NCBI GenBank assembly: GCA_035461005.1
Contig: DATHVZ010000152.1
Span: 21,066 to 85,065, forward strand
DNA length: 64,000 nucleotides
Direction of reading: 5' to 3'
Origin: Planococcus sp. (in: firmicutes)
GTDB lineage: Bacteria; Bacillota; Bacilli; Bacillales_A; Planococcaceae
Within the stretch, counting starts at the first letter, position 1, and each line of letters begins with the position of its first letter. A program made the position numbers and the translations under genes. The notes beneath the pieces are model-generated. The model did no database searches and had not been told where the DNA came from. It was given only the letters and a program-made list of their open reading frames with translations. This document shows positions 63,091 through 64,000 of this stretch, one piece after another.

Positions 63091-63561
63091 ATGCGCCCTT
63101 TTGATTATGTTGAAATGCGTGTCCCTGCTAAATCCCAATACGTCGGCGTTGCGCGCTTGACGATATCCGGATTGGCAAGCCGAATCGGTTTTACTTATGA
63201 TGACATTGAGGATTTAAAGATTGCTTCGAGCGAAGCTGTTACCAATGCTGTACAGCATGCTTACAGCGAAGATGAAGATGGCGAAGTCGTGATTGGCTGC
63301 GCTCTATACGGAGATAAAATTGAAATAATGGTTGCTGACCATGGCCAAAGCTTCAATTTTGAAGAAACAAAGGCGAAAGTGGGCCCATATCACGATCAGG
63401 TTGAAGGAGATTTTCTTCGCGAAGGAGGACTTGGCCTCTATTTAATCGAAACATTAATGGATGAAGTAAAAGTCCATCATCAGGAGGGCGTGACAGTCTT
63501 CATGACAAAGTATGTTGGAGGAGAGCAGGTGGAAGAGGATGTCGAAACGATCTCATCCTAA
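63091..63561 (+). CDS. rsbW: anti-sigma-B factor kinase
   Basis: ARLTISG.ASR, SEAVTNAVQHAY, EGGLGLYLI..LMD. Confidence 0.96.
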   Translation: MRPFDYVEMRVPAKSQYVGVARLTISGLASRIGFTYDDIEDLKIASSEAVTNAVQHAYSEDEDGEVVIGCALYGDKIEIMVADHGQSFNFEETKAKVGPYHDQVEGDFLREGGLGLYLIETLMDEVKVHHQEGVTVFMTKYVGGEQVEEDVETISS

Positions 63562-64000
63562 TCAGCCGACCAAAGAGCAGGTATTGGAATGGATTGAAGC
63601 TTATCAGAGAAATGAAGATGAAGAAGCTCAAACGCATCTGGTGAATAATTACAAGCGTCTCGTGGAGTCCATTGCCCGGAAGTATTCGAACGGGAAATCT
63701 TACCACGAAGACATTGCGCAGGTGGGTATGCTTGGGCTTTTAGGTGCTATCAGGCGCTATGACCCTTCATTTGGACGCAGCTTTGAGGCGTTTGCTGTGC
63801 CGACAATTATCGGTGAGATCAAACGTTTCCTGCGCGATAAGACCTGGGCTATCCATGTGCCTCGCAGAATCAAGGAATTGGGACCGCGAATCAAAGCGAC
63901 AGTAGAAGTTTTGACGAGCGAGCTACAGCGTTCACCCCAAGTCTGGGAAATCGCCGAATACCTTGATGTTGAAGAGGACGATGTGCTCGAAGCGATGGAA
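63539..64000 (+). CDS. sigB: RNA polymerase sigma factor SigB (partial, runs off the window)
   Basis: Manual translation MSKRSHPNQPTKEQVLEWI...QVGMLGLLGAIRRYD..FAVPTIIGEIKRFLRDKTW. Confidence 0.95.
   Translation, partial: MSKRSHPNQPTKEQVLEWIEAYQRNEDEEAQTHLVNNYKRLVESIARKYSNGKSYHEDIAQVGMLGLLGAIRRYDPSFGRSFEAFAVPTIIGEIKRFLRDKTWAIHVPRRIKELGPRIKATVEVLTSELQRSPQVWEIAEYLDVEEDDVLEAME

Overview
Chromosomal, mostly core-genome window from a low-GC Gram-positive bacterium. Gene content and order suggest Planococcus/Planomicrobium (Caryophanaceae), which is an inference. Left and centre hold stress, metal and detox genes: arsR-arsB, ppaC, DsbA/FrnE, azoR, yceI, murB, a K+/H+ antiporter, a penicillin-acylase family protein, two fluC, USP, cadC-cadA, mntR, a ring-cleaving dioxygenase, several GNATs and MFS transporters, yidC, cls, a squalene/phytoene-synthase family gene, a GT4 + sucrose-phosphatase-like pair, an XRE-TPR regulator and csoR-copZ-copA. 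The right third is the conserved Bacillales block rodA/ddl-murF-cshA-ydbST-rhomboid-acpS-alr-ndoAI-ndoA-rsbRSTUVW-sigB, with sigB truncated at the window edge. No prophage, IS, rRNA, tRNA or true CRISPR was seen. Non-obvious items read from the DNA: (1) a 7-unit array of a 9-bp motif with exact 21-bp phasing beside the cop operon; (2) a dispersed ~120-bp structured repeat family (4 copies) with compensatory stem changes; (3) four small proteins missing from the ORF track; (4) about 9 SigB-type promoters, including one before a putative sucrose/mannosylfructose synthesis pair; (5) three MhqR-type operators; (6) a duplicated 22-bp operator for the XRE-TPR regulator; (7) an attenuator-like cshA leader. 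All calls come from motif recognition, not database searches.
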